Shown here: piece after piece, positions 38,735-47,707 of the stretch
Numbering within the stretch: position 1 is the first letter of the stretch
Layout of the letters: the number at the start of each line of letters is the position of its first letter
Assembly: GCA_018714325.1 (NCBI GenBank)
Contig: DVNN01000250.1
Coordinates: 1 to 47,707, forward strand
DNA: 47,707 nt
Source of the DNA: Candidatus Pelethocola excrementipullorum
Lineage (GTDB): Bacteria > Bacillota > Clostridia > Lachnospirales > Lachnospiraceae
Direction of reading: 5' to 3'
Notes under the pieces: generated by a model
The model's input: only the letters and a program-made list of their open reading frames with translations
What the model was told of the DNA's origin: nothing
The model's database searches: none
Program-made: the position numbers and the translations under genes

Positions 38735-39494
38735 TGCGGTGATATTTGATTGGGCGGGCACCACCGTGGATTATGGGTGTTTTGCACCCGTGCAGGCATT
38801 TGTGGAGGTGTTCCGGCACTTTGGAGTGGAACCCACGATGGAAGAGGTCAGAAAGCCCATGGGGCTGCTGAAGATTGAACATATTCGTACCATGCTTCAG
38901 ATGCCCAGAATCAAGGCATGTTGGTCAGAACGGCATGGAAAGGAACCGACGGAAGAGGACGTGGAGAAGCTATTTGGGTTATTCGAAGAGAAACTACTTT
39001 CCATATTGAATCGTTTTGCCGAGCCTAAGCCAGGTGTGGTTAAAGTTGTGGAAAACCTAAGGGAATTGGGGATATCTATAGGTTCCACCACCGGATACAC
39101 GGATAAGATGATGGAGATTATTGTGCCGCTGGCAAAAGAAAAGGGGTATAGCCCTGACTGTTGGTTCAGCCCCGACTCTACCCGACAGAAGGGCCGCCCT
39201 TATCCTTATATGATATTCAGGAATATGGAATCTCTGGGAATCGCAGATGTCCGCAGGGTAATAAAGGTTGGAGATACGGTGTCCGATATAAAGGAAGGAA
39301 AGAATGCCGGGGTTTACACCGTGGGTGTGGTTATCGGCAGTTCTGAGATGAGTTTAACCCAGGAGGAATATGGATCATTAGAACTGAGGGAAAGAAAGAA
39401 TATCTGCGAAAGGGTCAAAGCCAGGTTTAAAGAGGCAGGGGCAGATGAGGTTGTTCTGGATCTGGATGAACTGGTAGAACGAATTATTCTTTGA
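38721..39494 (+). CDS. phnX: Phosphonoacetaldehyde hydrolase (phosphonatase)
   Basis: FDWAGTTVDYG..AP, PMGLLKIEHI (Schiff-base Lys), STTGY, GRPYP, KVGDT. Confidence 0.96.
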   Translation: MGRFDAVIFDWAGTTVDYGCFAPVQAFVEVFRHFGVEPTMEEVRKPMGLLKIEHIRTMLQMPRIKACWSERHGKEPTEEDVEKLFGLFEEKLLSILNRFAEPKPGVVKVVENLRELGISIGSTTGYTDKMMEIIVPLAKEKGYSPDCWFSPDSTRQKGRPYPYMIFRNMESLGIADVRRVIKVGDTVSDIKEGKNAGVYTVGVVIGSSEMSLTQEEYGSLELRERKNICERVKARFKEAGADEVVLDLDELVERIIL

Positions 39495-39534
39495 TGGATA
39501 TGGCTGGCCTTTGACAGATCTGGTATAAATATAT

Positions 39535-39615
39535 TATGATGATACCAGGGTCCCAAACTCATGCTTTTTCATGCAAGCATGAAACGCATGACCTTTAGAC
39601 CCTGTTATCATCATA
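39535..39615. repeat. ~80-bp imperfect palindrome covering the nitroreductase -10 and leader
   Basis: TATGATGATA-C-CAGGGTC..TCATGC..TTTCATGC-AA-GCATGAAA..GCATGA..GACCCTG-T-TATCATCATA. TTGACA at 39511. Confidence 0.7.
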
Positions 39616-39627
39616 TATAAAAGGAGT

Positions 39628-40203
39628 ATGGCTATGGATATTATGGAAGCTATTAGTAACAAAAGAAGTGTACGGGCATATAGTGATGAGTTAATTTCAG
39701 ATGAAGTGTTAAAGGAGCTGATAACATTAGGAACGAAAGCTTCCACGGGTTCTGGTATGGAACCTTGGGGGTTTGTCACAATAAAGGACAAAGAAGAAAT
39801 CGATATGTGGTCAGAGAAGATAAAAAGCTATCTTCGGGATCATTTAGAAGAATATCCTTATCTTCAGCAATATGAAAGCTGGCTGAAGAACCCTAAGTTT
39901 AGCGTGTTTAATCACGCTGGCACCTTACTCGTTATTTATGGTAATACAGATTCTCATTGGTATAAATATGATTGTACATTGGCGGCTGGTAATATAATGC
40001 TTGCTGCATATTCAAAGGGAATCGGTACATGTTGGATAGGTTTCGCTGAATATATGTTAAACACCAGTGAATTTAAAGAAAAATACAAGGTACCGGAAAA
40101 TTATGAACTAGTATGTCCAATGTCCATGGGATATATAAAAAAAGGACTGAATCTGGCCCCACCTAAAAGAAAAGAACCAATCATTTTTAATGGTCAAGAG
40201 TAG
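39628..40203 (+). CDS. Nitroreductase family protein
   Basis: KRSVRAY, AST..GMEPWGF, AAGNIMLAA..GIGTCWIG, MGY. Confidence 0.92.
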   Translation: MAMDIMEAISNKRSVRAYSDELISDEVLKELITLGTKASTGSGMEPWGFVTIKDKEEIDMWSEKIKSYLRDHLEEYPYLQQYESWLKNPKFSVFNHAGTLLVIYGNTDSHWYKYDCTLAAGNIMLAAYSKGIGTCWIGFAEYMLNTSEFKEKYKVPENYELVCPMSMGYIKKGLNLAPPKRKEPIIFNGQE

Positions 40204-40227
40204 GGCGGTGTATGGAAGACAATACGA

Positions 40228-40283
40228 ATAAGAGGGATAGACTTAATGGGAGACAACCATTCAGGCTATCCCTTTTATTTTTA
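40228..40283 (+). terminator. Intrinsic terminator
   Basis: AAGAGGGATAG..AATGG / CCATT..CTATCCCTTTT followed by a T-rich tail. Confidence 0.7.
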
Positions 40284-40315
40284 TCTCACAAAATATAATA
40301 TTTATGGAAAAACAC

Positions 40316-40384
40316 TTGCATCCGAACGAATGTTCTGTTATAATACAAACATAAGTTCAAAACACCAGTTCGGAATATGCGTTC
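40316..40384 (+). promoter_or_regulatory. sigma-A promoter overlapped by four LexA (Cheo) box-like sites
   Basis: TTGCAT-17-TATAAT (40316-40344). GAAC-GAAT-GTTC (40324), AAAC-ATAA-GTTC (40347), AAAC-ACCA-GTTC (40360), GAAT-ATGC-GTTC (40373). Confidence 0.8.
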
Positions 40385-40456
40385 GATTTTGGTGATGTCA
40401 CTTAAGCTTACATATGAGAAATAATGGAAAACCAGAGGGATGAGGAGGAAAAGAAC

Positions 40457-40552
40457 ATGAGAAGAGGAAGAAGCTTAGTCAACGTTTTCAGTACCGGTTT
40501 ATTAATGACATTAGTATTGGTAGGGATGTTCGTTTCACTTTGCATTGCTTAA
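40457..40552 (+). CDS. Unannotated 31-aa single-TM peptide MRRGRSLVNVFSTGLLMTLVLVGMFVSLCIA
   Basis: GAGGAGG RBS 8 nt upstream, basic N-terminus, hydrophobic helix, own promoter and terminator. Below the ORF-track size cut-off. Confidence 0.7.
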   Translation: MRRGRSLVNVFSTGLLMTLVLVGMFVSLCIA

Positions 40553-40568
40553 AAATAGACGTAGAATT

Positions 40569-40605
40569 AGACATTTGTCAAAAAAGACAGATGTCTTTTT
40601 TTTTT
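40569..40605 (+). terminator. Intrinsic terminator of the small-peptide unit
   Basis: AGACATTTGTC-AAAAAA-GACAGATGTCT followed by T9. Confidence 0.85.
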
Positions 40606-40606
40606 C

Positions 40607-40648
40607 TTGACAACTACTTTTAATATGATATAATTTGATAATCAAAGT
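40607..40648 (+). promoter_or_regulatory. fab operon promoter with FabT-like operator
   Basis: TTGACA-16-TATAAT with extended TG. Palindrome TTTGATAATCAAA (40634-40646) resembles enterococcal/streptococcal FabT sites. Confidence 0.7.
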
Positions 40649-40683
40649 ATTTTAGTTTAAAAATAATGACAGGAAAGATAACT

Positions 40684-41649
40684 ATGATTGGAAAAATATG
40701 CGGTACTGGTTCTTACATCCCATCTCTGGTATGGGACAATGAAAAGCTGGCTCAGTTGGTGGAAACCGATGATGAATGGATTAGAGAACGTACGGGTATT
40801 GCCAGAAGACATCTGATAGATGGGGAGGAAACCACTTCCTATATGGCGGCTCAGGCGGCTGGTGAAGCCTTAAAAGATGCAGGGGTTCGGCCGGAAGAAG
40901 TGGACCTGATTGTGGTTGCAACCATGTCTTCACAGAATATCATGCCTTGTACGGCTTGTGAGGTTCAAAATGTAATTGGCGCGGTTAACGCCGCCTGCTT
41001 TGATTTAAATGCTGCCTGTACTGGTTTTCTCTTTGCATTGAATACCGCCCAGGCATATTTAGGGCAAGGCATATATAAAACAGCCGTTGTAATTGGGACG
41101 GAAAGCCTTTCTAATATGGTCAATTGGGAGGACCGATCCACCTGTATTCTTTTTGGAGACGGGGCGGGGGCTGTGGTATTGAAGGCCTCGGAGGATGGAA
41201 GATACAGCCAGGTAACATATTCCGATGGAAGCAAGGGCGATGTGCTGACCTGCAGTAGCAGGAATCAGAAAAAGTTTGAAGATGAACCGAGAGATGGATC
41301 GACCTACATGCAGATGGATGGGGGAGAGGTTTTCAAATTCGCAGTGTCCAAGGTGCCGGAGGCGGTGAGAGAGCTGTTGGATCAGGAACAGATGACGACG
41401 GAAGAGATTGCCTATTATATTCTCCATCAGGCTAATGTGCGGATTGTACGGTCGGTGGCAAAGCGCTTGGGAGAGAAGGCGGAGAAATTCCCGACTAACA
41501 TGGAAGAATACGGGAATACTTCCTCTGCCAGCATTCCGATTCTGCTGGATGAACTAAATAAAAAGAAGACCTTTCAGAGCGGAGATTTTATTGTCCTTTC
41601 GGGATTTGGCGGAGGGTTGACATATGGTGCCAGCCTTATTAGGTGGTAA
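40684..41649 (+). CDS. fabH: Beta-ketoacyl-ACP synthase III
   Basis: WIRERTGI..R, DLNAACTGF, LFGDGAGA, HQAN.RI, GNTSSAS, GFGGGLT. Confidence 0.96.
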   Translation: MIGKICGTGSYIPSLVWDNEKLAQLVETDDEWIRERTGIARRHLIDGEETTSYMAAQAAGEALKDAGVRPEEVDLIVVATMSSQNIMPCTACEVQNVIGAVNAACFDLNAACTGFLFALNTAQAYLGQGIYKTAVVIGTESLSNMVNWEDRSTCILFGDGAGAVVLKASEDGRYSQVTYSDGSKGDVLTCSSRNQKKFEDEPRDGSTYMQMDGGEVFKFAVSKVPEAVRELLDQEQMTTEEIAYYILHQANVRIVRSVAKRLGEKAEKFPTNMEEYGNTSSASIPILLDELNKKKTFQSGDFIVLSGFGGGLTYGASLIRW

Positions 41650-41714
41650 AGGAAAAGTCAGCTGTTTAGCTGTTTTCAATAAAAATTAATTTAAATGATA
41701 AGGAGAAAAGAATT

Positions 41715-41939
41715 ATGTTAGAAAAAATTAAAGAAATCGTAGCGGAGTCACTTGGTGCTGAGGTGGAGTCAATGAATGCTGGAACTTCATTTAAGGAAGA
41801 TCTGGGTGCGGATTCTCTGGACTTGTTTGAGATGGTAATGGCACTGGAAGAAGAATTTAATGTGGAGATCCCAACAGAAGATCTGGAAGAGATTAAGACT
41901 CTTGGGGATGTGGAAGCGTACATTCAGAAAATGAAATAA
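41715..41939 (+). CDS. acpP: Acyl carrier protein
   Basis: DLGADSLD phosphopantetheine site, MALEEEF. Confidence 0.96.
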   Translation: MLEKIKEIVAESLGAEVESMNAGTSFKEDLGADSLDLFEMVMALEEEFNVEIPTEDLEEIKTLGDVEAYIQKMK

Positions 41940-41958
41940 TAGATTGGAGGCAACCTTT

Positions 41959-42897
41959 ATGAAAACGGAAATCACCGGATTACTTGGAATTGAATACCCC
42001 ATTATCCAGGGCGGTATGGCCTGGGTGGCGGAGTATCATCTGGCAGCAGCGGTATCGGAAGCAGGAGGTTTAGGCCTGATTGGAGCAGCCAGTGCTCCGG
42101 CGGAATGGGTGCGGGATCAGGTACAAAAGGCTAAGATGTTGACGGATAAGCCATTTGGAGTCAACATTATGTTAATGAGCCCTTATGCAGATGAGGTGGC
42201 TGAGATCATAGTAGAAGAAGGGGTCAAGGTGGTCACCACTGGTGCAGGAAATCCGGAGAAGTACATGAAGATGTGGAAAGAGGCCGGGGTGAAGGTGGTT
42301 CCGGTGGTTGCTTCTGTGGCTATGGCTAAGCGTATGGAACGTTGCGGAGCCAATTGTCTGGTGGCTGAGGGTACAGAGGCGGGAGGACATATTGGGGATA
42401 CTACAACCATGGTTCTGGTGCCTCAGGTTGCTTCGGCAGTGAATATACCGGTGATTGCGGCAGGTGGTATTGCGGATGGACGTGGGATTGCGGCGGCATT
42501 TATGCTGGGAGCAAAGGGCGTTCAGATGGGAACTCATTTTGTTGTGACAAAAGAGTCCCAGGTTCATGACAACTATAAGAAAGCTATCTTAAAAGCCAAG
42601 GATATTGATACTAAGGTTACAGGTCGTACCACAGGACATCCGGTTCGTGCACTTCGTAACCAGATGACCAGGGAATATCTGAAAAAAGAGGCAGAGGGTG
42701 TATCCTTTGAAGAACTAGAGCTGATGACTTTGGGAGGACTGCGTAAAGCCGTGGTGGATGGAGATGTGGTCACAGGAAGTGTGATGGCAGGACAAAGTGC
42801 AGGGCTTGTAGAGGAAGAGATGACCTGTGCGGAGTTGATTCAAAAATTAATAAAAGAGACAGATTCGATGATGAAAGGAACCTCTTTTTATGAGTAA
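41959..42897 (+). CDS. fabK: Enoyl-ACP reductase FabK
   Basis: YPIIQGGMAW, PFGVNIML, EG.EAGGHIG, AAGGIADGRG, MAGQ; inside the fab cluster. Confidence 0.94.
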   Translation: MKTEITGLLGIEYPIIQGGMAWVAEYHLAAAVSEAGGLGLIGAASAPAEWVRDQVQKAKMLTDKPFGVNIMLMSPYADEVAEIIVEEGVKVVTTGAGNPEKYMKMWKEAGVKVVPVVASVAMAKRMERCGANCLVAEGTEAGGHIGDTTTMVLVPQVASAVNIPVIAAGGIADGRGIAAAFMLGAKGVQMGTHFVVTKESQVHDNYKKAILKAKDIDTKVTGRTTGHPVRALRNQMTREYLKKEAEGVSFEELELMTLGGLRKAVVDGDVVTGSVMAGQSAGLVEEEMTCAELIQKLIKETDSMMKGTSFYE

Positions 42898-43813
42898 GAC
42901 AGCATTTATCTTTCCGGGACAGGGCGCACAGAAGGCCGGGATGGGGAAAGATTTTTATGATAAATATGATACCGCCAGACAGGTGTTTGAGGACGCCAGT
43001 CAATGGCTGGATCTGGATATGAAAGAACTTTGTTTTGAGGAAAATGACAGATTAGATTCCACGGAATATACACAGGCGGCCATGGTAACCACCTGTCTGG
43101 CTATGGAGAAGGTGATGGAGGAGCAAGGGCTCTGTCCCGACGTGACGGCAGGATTAAGCCTGGGTGAATATTGCGCGATTGAGGTGGCAGGAGGGTTAAG
43201 CCTGAAAGATGCCATCACCACGGTCCGTAAAAGAGGTATTCTGATGGAACAGGCAGTTCCGGCCGGACAGGGTGCAATGGCAGCCGTCCTGGGGCTGGAA
43301 GGGAATCAGATTGAAGCGGTAATCCAGGGAATCGATGGGGTGAGCATCGCCAATTATAATTGTCCGGGTCAGATTGTGATTACCGGAATGAAGGCGGCGG
43401 TAGAGGAATCATCACTGAAGTTAAAGGAGGCCGGTGCCAAGAGAGTCCTACCTTTGAAGGTAAGCGGTCCTTTCCATTCCGCAATGCTTAGAGAGGCCGG
43501 CGAGAAACTGGGCGAAGTGTTGGAAATGGTCGATGTGACGGCACTTAAACTTCCTTATGTGACCAATGTGACGGCGGAGTATGTTTCGGATTGCAGAGAG
43601 ATTAAAGGATTGTTGTCCAGACAAATCTCCTCTTCGGTACGCTGGCAGCAAAGTGTGGAAGCAATGATAGACAACGGAGTGGATACCTTTGTGGAAATAG
43701 GACCAGGGAAGACGCTTGCAGGATTTATGAGAAAGATAAACCGGGATGTGAAGGTGTATAACATCCAGACGGTAGAAGATATGGAACATGTGTTAGGGGC
43801 AATCAGAGATTGA
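42890..43813 (+). CDS. fabD: Malonyl-CoA:ACP transacylase
   Basis: FPGQGAQ, GLSLGEY, ANYNCPGQ, VSGPFHS, EIGPGK. Confidence 0.96.
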   Translation: MSKTAFIFPGQGAQKAGMGKDFYDKYDTARQVFEDASQWLDLDMKELCFEENDRLDSTEYTQAAMVTTCLAMEKVMEEQGLCPDVTAGLSLGEYCAIEVAGGLSLKDAITTVRKRGILMEQAVPAGQGAMAAVLGLEGNQIEAVIQGIDGVSIANYNCPGQIVITGMKAAVEESSLKLKEAGAKRVLPLKVSGPFHSAMLREAGEKLGEVLEMVDVTALKLPYVTNVTAEYVSDCREIKGLLSRQISSSVRWQQSVEAMIDNGVDTFVEIGPGKTLAGFMRKINRDVKVYNIQTVEDMEHVLGAIRD

Positions 43814-43854
43814 ATGGATGATGGTATGTGATTGCATAAGTAAAGGAGCAAAGG

Positions 43855-44595
43855 ATGTCTGATAAGAAAATAGCAGTTGTTACAGGGGCTTCCAGAGGAA
43901 TCGGCAGAGCCATAGCTCTGGAACTTGCCAGAAGCGGTGCATTTGTCATAGTTAATTACAACGGTTCCAGAGAAAAGGCCGAGCAAGTCCAGTCACTCAT
44001 CGAAGCAGAAGGCGGCGAGGCGGTGATTGAACAGTGTAATGTGGCTGATTTTAAAGCTTGTGGAGAATTTATTAGTTCGATAATCAAGAAATATGTAAGA
44101 GTTGATATTCTGGTCAATAATGCAGGCATCACCAAGGATGATCTGGTAATGCGTATGAGTGAGGAGGATTTCTCACAGGTGATTGATGTGAACCTGAAAG
44201 GAACCTTCAATTGTATTCGTCAGGTATCCCGTCAGATGTTGAAACAGAGAAGCGGCCGGATAATTAATATGGCATCCGTCGTAGGGGTTTCCGGCAATGC
44301 AGGCCAGGCCAATTATGCGGCATCAAAGGCCGGAGTCATCGGGTTGACCAAATCCGTGGCAAAGGAGCTGGCATCCAGAGGCGTGACCGTTAATGCCATA
44401 GCTCCTGGATTTATCGAGACGGATATGACGGAAGTATTATCCGAAAAAGTAAGAGAGGCCACTACGGGTATGATACCTATGGGAACCTTTGGAAGGCCTG
44501 AGGATGTGGCAAAGGCAGTGGGATTTCTGGCTTCGGATGGAGCCGGATATGTCACCGGGCAGGTACTGTGTGTAGACGGCGGCATGGCAATGTAA
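43855..44595 (+). CDS. fabG: 3-oxoacyl-ACP reductase
   Basis: TGASRGIG, NNAGITKD, GQANYAASK, APGFIETDMT. Confidence 0.96.
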   Translation: MSDKKIAVVTGASRGIGRAIALELARSGAFVIVNYNGSREKAEQVQSLIEAEGGEAVIEQCNVADFKACGEFISSIIKKYVRVDILVNNAGITKDDLVMRMSEEDFSQVIDVNLKGTFNCIRQVSRQMLKQRSGRIINMASVVGVSGNAGQANYAASKAGVIGLTKSVAKELASRGVTVNAIAPGFIETDMTEVLSEKVREATTGMIPMGTFGRPEDVAKAVGFLASDGAGYVTGQVLCVDGGMAM

Positions 44596-44619
44596 GGAAA
44601 GAATCGAATGGAGGTTTTT

Positions 44620-45858
44620 ATGAAGAGAAGAGTTGTGGTGACCGGTCTTGGGGCAGTTACGCCTCTTGGCAATGACGTGGATTCTTTCTGGGCCGGAATC
44701 CGGGCCGGAAAGGTTGGAATCGGTGAAATCACCAAGTTTGATACTACGGATTTTAAGGCAAAGCTGGCGGCTGAGGTTAAAGATTTTGTGGCGAAGGACC
44801 GGATGGATTTCAAATCAGCCAAGCGTATGGAGTTATTTTCCCAATATGCGGTAGTTGCCGCACAGGAAGCTCTTGAGGATGCCAAAATCGATATGAATAA
44901 AGAAGACCCCTTCCGTGTGGGAGTGATTGTGGGATCTGGTATCGGAAGCCTGCAGTCCATGGAGCGGGAAGAGCATAGAATGCTGGAAAAGGGGCCGTCC
45001 AGAGTAGATCCTTTGTTGGTTCCGAAGATGATTACCAATATGGCGGCAGGCAATGTCTCAATTGCCACCGGAGCCAGGGGAAAATGTACCAATGTGGTTA
45101 CTGCCTGTGCTTCCGGTACGAACTGCATCGGTGATGCATACCGGGCTATCCAGTATGGTGATGCCGATGTGATGATCGCAGGTGGTACGGAGGGTTCCGT
45201 ATGTCCTATTGGAGTGGCTGGTTTTACCAGTCTTACAGCCTTGACCACCTGCGACGATCCCATGCGGGCCTCTATTCCCTTCGACAAGGAAAGAAGCGGT
45301 TTCGTAATGGGTGAGGGTGCTGGTGTAGTAATCATGGAGGAATTGGAGCGCGCCAAAGCCCGTGGCGCCAATATTCTAGCCGAAGTTGTAGGCTATGGAG
45401 CGACCGCAGATGCTTATCACATCACTTCTCCCATTGAGGATGGAAGCGGTGCGGCAAGAGCCATGGCGGATGCAATGAAAGAAGCCGGTGTGAATCCGGA
45501 TCAGGTTGAATATATCAATGCCCATGGAACCAGCACCCATCACAATGATTTATTTGAGACAAGAGCCATTAAGGCGGCCTTTGGGGAGGCTGCTAAAAAG
45601 GTGAAGATCAATTCCACCAAGTCCATGGTCGGTCATCTTCTGGGTGCCGCCGGCGGAGTGGAGTTTATTGTGTGTGTAAAGTCCATACTGGACGGATTTA
45701 TCCACCAGACGGTGGGAACCAGGGAAACCGAAGAGGATCTGGATCTGGACTATGTGATCGGATCTCCGGTGGAGCAGGAAGTGAATTATGCAATGAGCAA
45801 TTCCCTGGGATTTGGCGGACATAACGCTACATTATTGATTAAAAAATATCAGGATTAA
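44620..45858 (+). CDS. fabF: Beta-ketoacyl-ACP synthase II
   Basis: RRVVVTGLG, TACASG, NAHGTST, KSMVGHLLGAAG, GFGGHN. Confidence 0.96.
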   Translation: MKRRVVVTGLGAVTPLGNDVDSFWAGIRAGKVGIGEITKFDTTDFKAKLAAEVKDFVAKDRMDFKSAKRMELFSQYAVVAAQEALEDAKIDMNKEDPFRVGVIVGSGIGSLQSMEREEHRMLEKGPSRVDPLLVPKMITNMAAGNVSIATGARGKCTNVVTACASGTNCIGDAYRAIQYGDADVMIAGGTEGSVCPIGVAGFTSLTALTTCDDPMRASIPFDKERSGFVMGEGAGVVIMEELERAKARGANILAEVVGYGATADAYHITSPIEDGSGAARAMADAMKEAGVNPDQVEYINAHGTSTHHNDLFETRAIKAAFGEAAKKVKINSTKSMVGHLLGAAGGVEFIVCVKSILDGFIHQTVGTRETEEDLDLDYVIGSPVEQEVNYAMSNSLGFGGHNATLLIKKYQD

Positions 45859-45871
45859 AGGAGGAAATGGA

Positions 45872-46309
45872 ATGGAATTCGAACAGATTATGAAATTAGT
45901 GGAAAGTGTATCCGCTTCCAACCTCTCTTCCTTTCAATATGAGTCTGAAGGTGTAAAACTCACTTTGGAATGTGGAAAATCACAGCCAGTTGTGATATCC
46001 AATGTGGATATGACCCAGCAGCAGGTCTTGACCCCTGCCCCTGTAGTTTCGGGGACTCCGGAAAAAGAGCCGGAGGGGAATCTGGTGAAATCCCCATTGG
46101 TAGGCACCTTTTATGTGGCGCCCTCGGAGGATGCAGAGCCATTTATCCATGTGGGAGATCAGGTGAAAAAAGGCCAGATACTGGCCATAGTAGAAGCTAT
46201 GAAGCTGATGAATGACATCGAAAGTGATTTCGATGGAGAGATTACCGAAATTTATGTGAAGAACGGAGAGGCTGTAGAATATGGCCAACCCTTGTTCAGT
46301 GTGAAATAG
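45872..46309 (+). CDS. accB: Acetyl-CoA carboxylase biotin carboxyl carrier protein
   Basis: KSPLVGTFY, EAMKLMN biotinylation motif, VEYGQPLF. Confidence 0.95.
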   Translation: MEFEQIMKLVESVSASNLSSFQYESEGVKLTLECGKSQPVVISNVDMTQQQVLTPAPVVSGTPEKEPEGNLVKSPLVGTFYVAPSEDAEPFIHVGDQVKKGQILAIVEAMKLMNDIESDFDGEITEIYVKNGEAVEYGQPLFSVK

Positions 46310-46410
46310 TAGCATATAGAGTTACAGATGTAAGAGAAGTATGCATAGATATTTTAAAGTGACAGTCAAATAGATGATTGTATCTAGGCAGAGTTCAGGG
46401 AGGATTGGAA

Positions 46411-46839
46411 ATGAATCATTTAAATATTAAGCAAATCGAAGAAATCATACCTCATCGTCATCCATTTCTGCTGGTGGACTATATAGAGGATTACAAGCCG
46501 GGAGAGTATGCCGTTGGGTATAAATGCGTGACATTTCGCGAGGATTTTTTTGCGGGGCATTTTCCTCAGGAACCGGTGATGCCTGGAGTGTTGATTCTGG
46601 AAGCATTGGCGCAGGCTGGTGCGGTAGCCATCCTCTCTTTACCGAAAAACAAAGGGAAAATCGCTTATTTTGGCGGCGTTGATAAATGTCGCTTCAAATC
46701 AAAGGTTCAACCTGGAGATAAGCTGCGCCTGGAGACAAAGATCATCAAGCGAAAAGGTCCTGTGGGAGTGGGTGAAGCCATAGCCACGGTGGACGGAAAA
46801 GTAGCGGTAAAAGCGGAACTGACATTTATGGTGGGATAA
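46411..46839 (+). CDS. fabZ: 3-hydroxyacyl-ACP dehydratase
   Basis: [35 protein letters not shown] 46411 after GGAGG. Confidence 0.96.
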   Translation: MNHLNIKQIEEIIPHRHPFLLVDYIEDYKPGEYAVGYKCVTFREDFFAGHFPQEPVMPGVLILEALAQAGAVAILSLPKNKGKIAYFGGVDKCRFKSKVQPGDKLRLETKIIKRKGPVGVGEAIATVDGKVAVKAELTFMVG

Positions 46840-46849
46840 GGGTGGATAT

Positions 46850-47707
46850 ATGATTCGAAAATTATTAATAGCCAATCGGGGTGAAATTGCGGTGCGGATC
46901 ATCCGGGCCTGCAGGGAGATGGGGATAGAGACTGTAGCCGTGTATTCTGAGGCGGATAAAGACTGCCTTCATACCCAGCTTGCGGATGAAGCTATCTGTA
47001 TCGGTCCTGGGCCATCCACGGAAAGTTATCTGAATATGGAGCGGATTATGAGTGCTACCATGGTGTCCGGTGCGGATGCCATCCATCCTGGATTTGGGTT
47101 CTTATCGGAGAATGCCCGGTTTGCAGAGATCTGTGAACAGTGTCATGTCACCTTCGTAGGCCCCAGCTCATCGGTGATTCGGAACCTGGGGAATAAGCAG
47201 ATTGCCAGAAATACCATGGTTGCGGCAGGAGTCCCCGTGATTCCAGGCACCGATAAGCCGATCTACGATGTGGAAACCGGCGCTGCAGAAGCTGACCGCA
47301 TTGGTTATCCTGTTATTGTAAAGGCGGCCTTAGGCGGCGGTGGCAAGGGGATGCGCACGGCTTATACACCGGATGCATTCAAACTGGCATTCCAGACGGC
47401 TCAAAAAGAGGCTCAAATTGCCTTTGGCGATGGAACCATGTATATTGAACACTTTGTGGAACATCCCCGTCATATCGAATTTCAGATCCTGGCGGACAGT
47501 CAGGGGCATGTGATTCATCTGGGGGAAAGGGATTGCTCCATACAGAGAAATCATCAAAAGATGATAGAAGAAGCCCCATCTGTGGCAATCTCTGATGATT
47601 TGCGCAGACAGATGGGAGAGGCAGCTGTAAAAGCAGCACAGGCTTCAAAATATGAAAATGCAGGAACCATAGAATTTCTGTTAGAAAAGAACGGAAAGTT
47701 TTATTTT
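46850..47707 (+). CDS. accC: Acetyl-CoA carboxylase biotin carboxylase subunit (partial, runs off the window)
   Basis: Not in the ORF track because it has no stop. Translates as [25 protein letters not shown]..., [26 protein letters not shown]. Confidence 0.95.
   Translation, partial: MIRKLLIANRGEIAVRIIRACREMGIETVAVYSEADKDCLHTQLADEAICIGPGPSTESYLNMERIMSATMVSGADAIHPGFGFLSENARFAEICEQCHVTFVGPSSSVIRNLGNKQIARNTMVAAGVPVIPGTDKPIYDVETGAAEADRIGYPVIVKAALGGGGKGMRTAYTPDAFKLAFQTAQKEAQIAFGDGTMYIEHFVEHPRHIEFQILADSQGHVIHLGERDCSIQRNHQKMIEEAPSVAISDDLRRQMGEAAVKAAQASKYENAGTIEFLLEKNGKFYF

Noticed and set aside
40424-40456. In-frame upstream ATG extending the SOS peptide to 42 aa
   Set aside because: It has no RBS, whereas ATG 40457 has a well-spaced GAGGAGG.
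44313-45371. 352-aa minus-strand ORF opposite fabG/fabF
   Set aside because: In-register antisense of conserved genes, with no RBS or recognisable motif.

Overview
A 47.7 kb chromosomal window from a spore-forming Clostridia bacterium, most likely Lachnospiraceae-like (inferred from spoIID/spoIIQ-like genes, a streptococcal-order fab/acc cluster and GGAGG ribosome-binding sites). Most genes are on the + strand. In order: the end of a D-Ala-D-Ala carboxypeptidase; a three-gene zinc-ribbon/YARHG cluster; an amidase; ybaK-moxR-DUF58-transglutaminase; spoIID and a degenerate M23 (spoIIQ-like) gene separated by an AraC/dehydrogenase/aldo-keto reductase cassette; haemolysin III; GIY-YIG nuclease; S1 protein; CBS-pyrophosphatase; flavin reductase; gdhA; a two-component system with a lipoprotein/ABC/COG1361-like operon; an Lsa-like ABC-F; HD protein; alpha/beta hydrolase; a 2-aminoethylphosphonate operon (ABC transporter, phnW, phnX); nitroreductase; and fabH-acpP-fabK-fabD-fabG-fabF-accB-fabZ-accC (partial). 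I saw no tRNA, rRNA, CRISPR array or transposase. The best unannotated signals are: (1) a self-contained unit with four LexA-like boxes driving a 31-aa single-TM peptide; (2) a ~240-bp palindrome followed by a ~1 kb zone of extreme G/T strand bias that has recoded a response regulator gene; (3) a uORF/terminator attenuator before the ABC-F gene; (4) a promoter-and-terminator-bounded structured RNA before gdhA; (5) a repeated operator defining the two-component regulon. All family calls are by motif recognition; no database searches were run.
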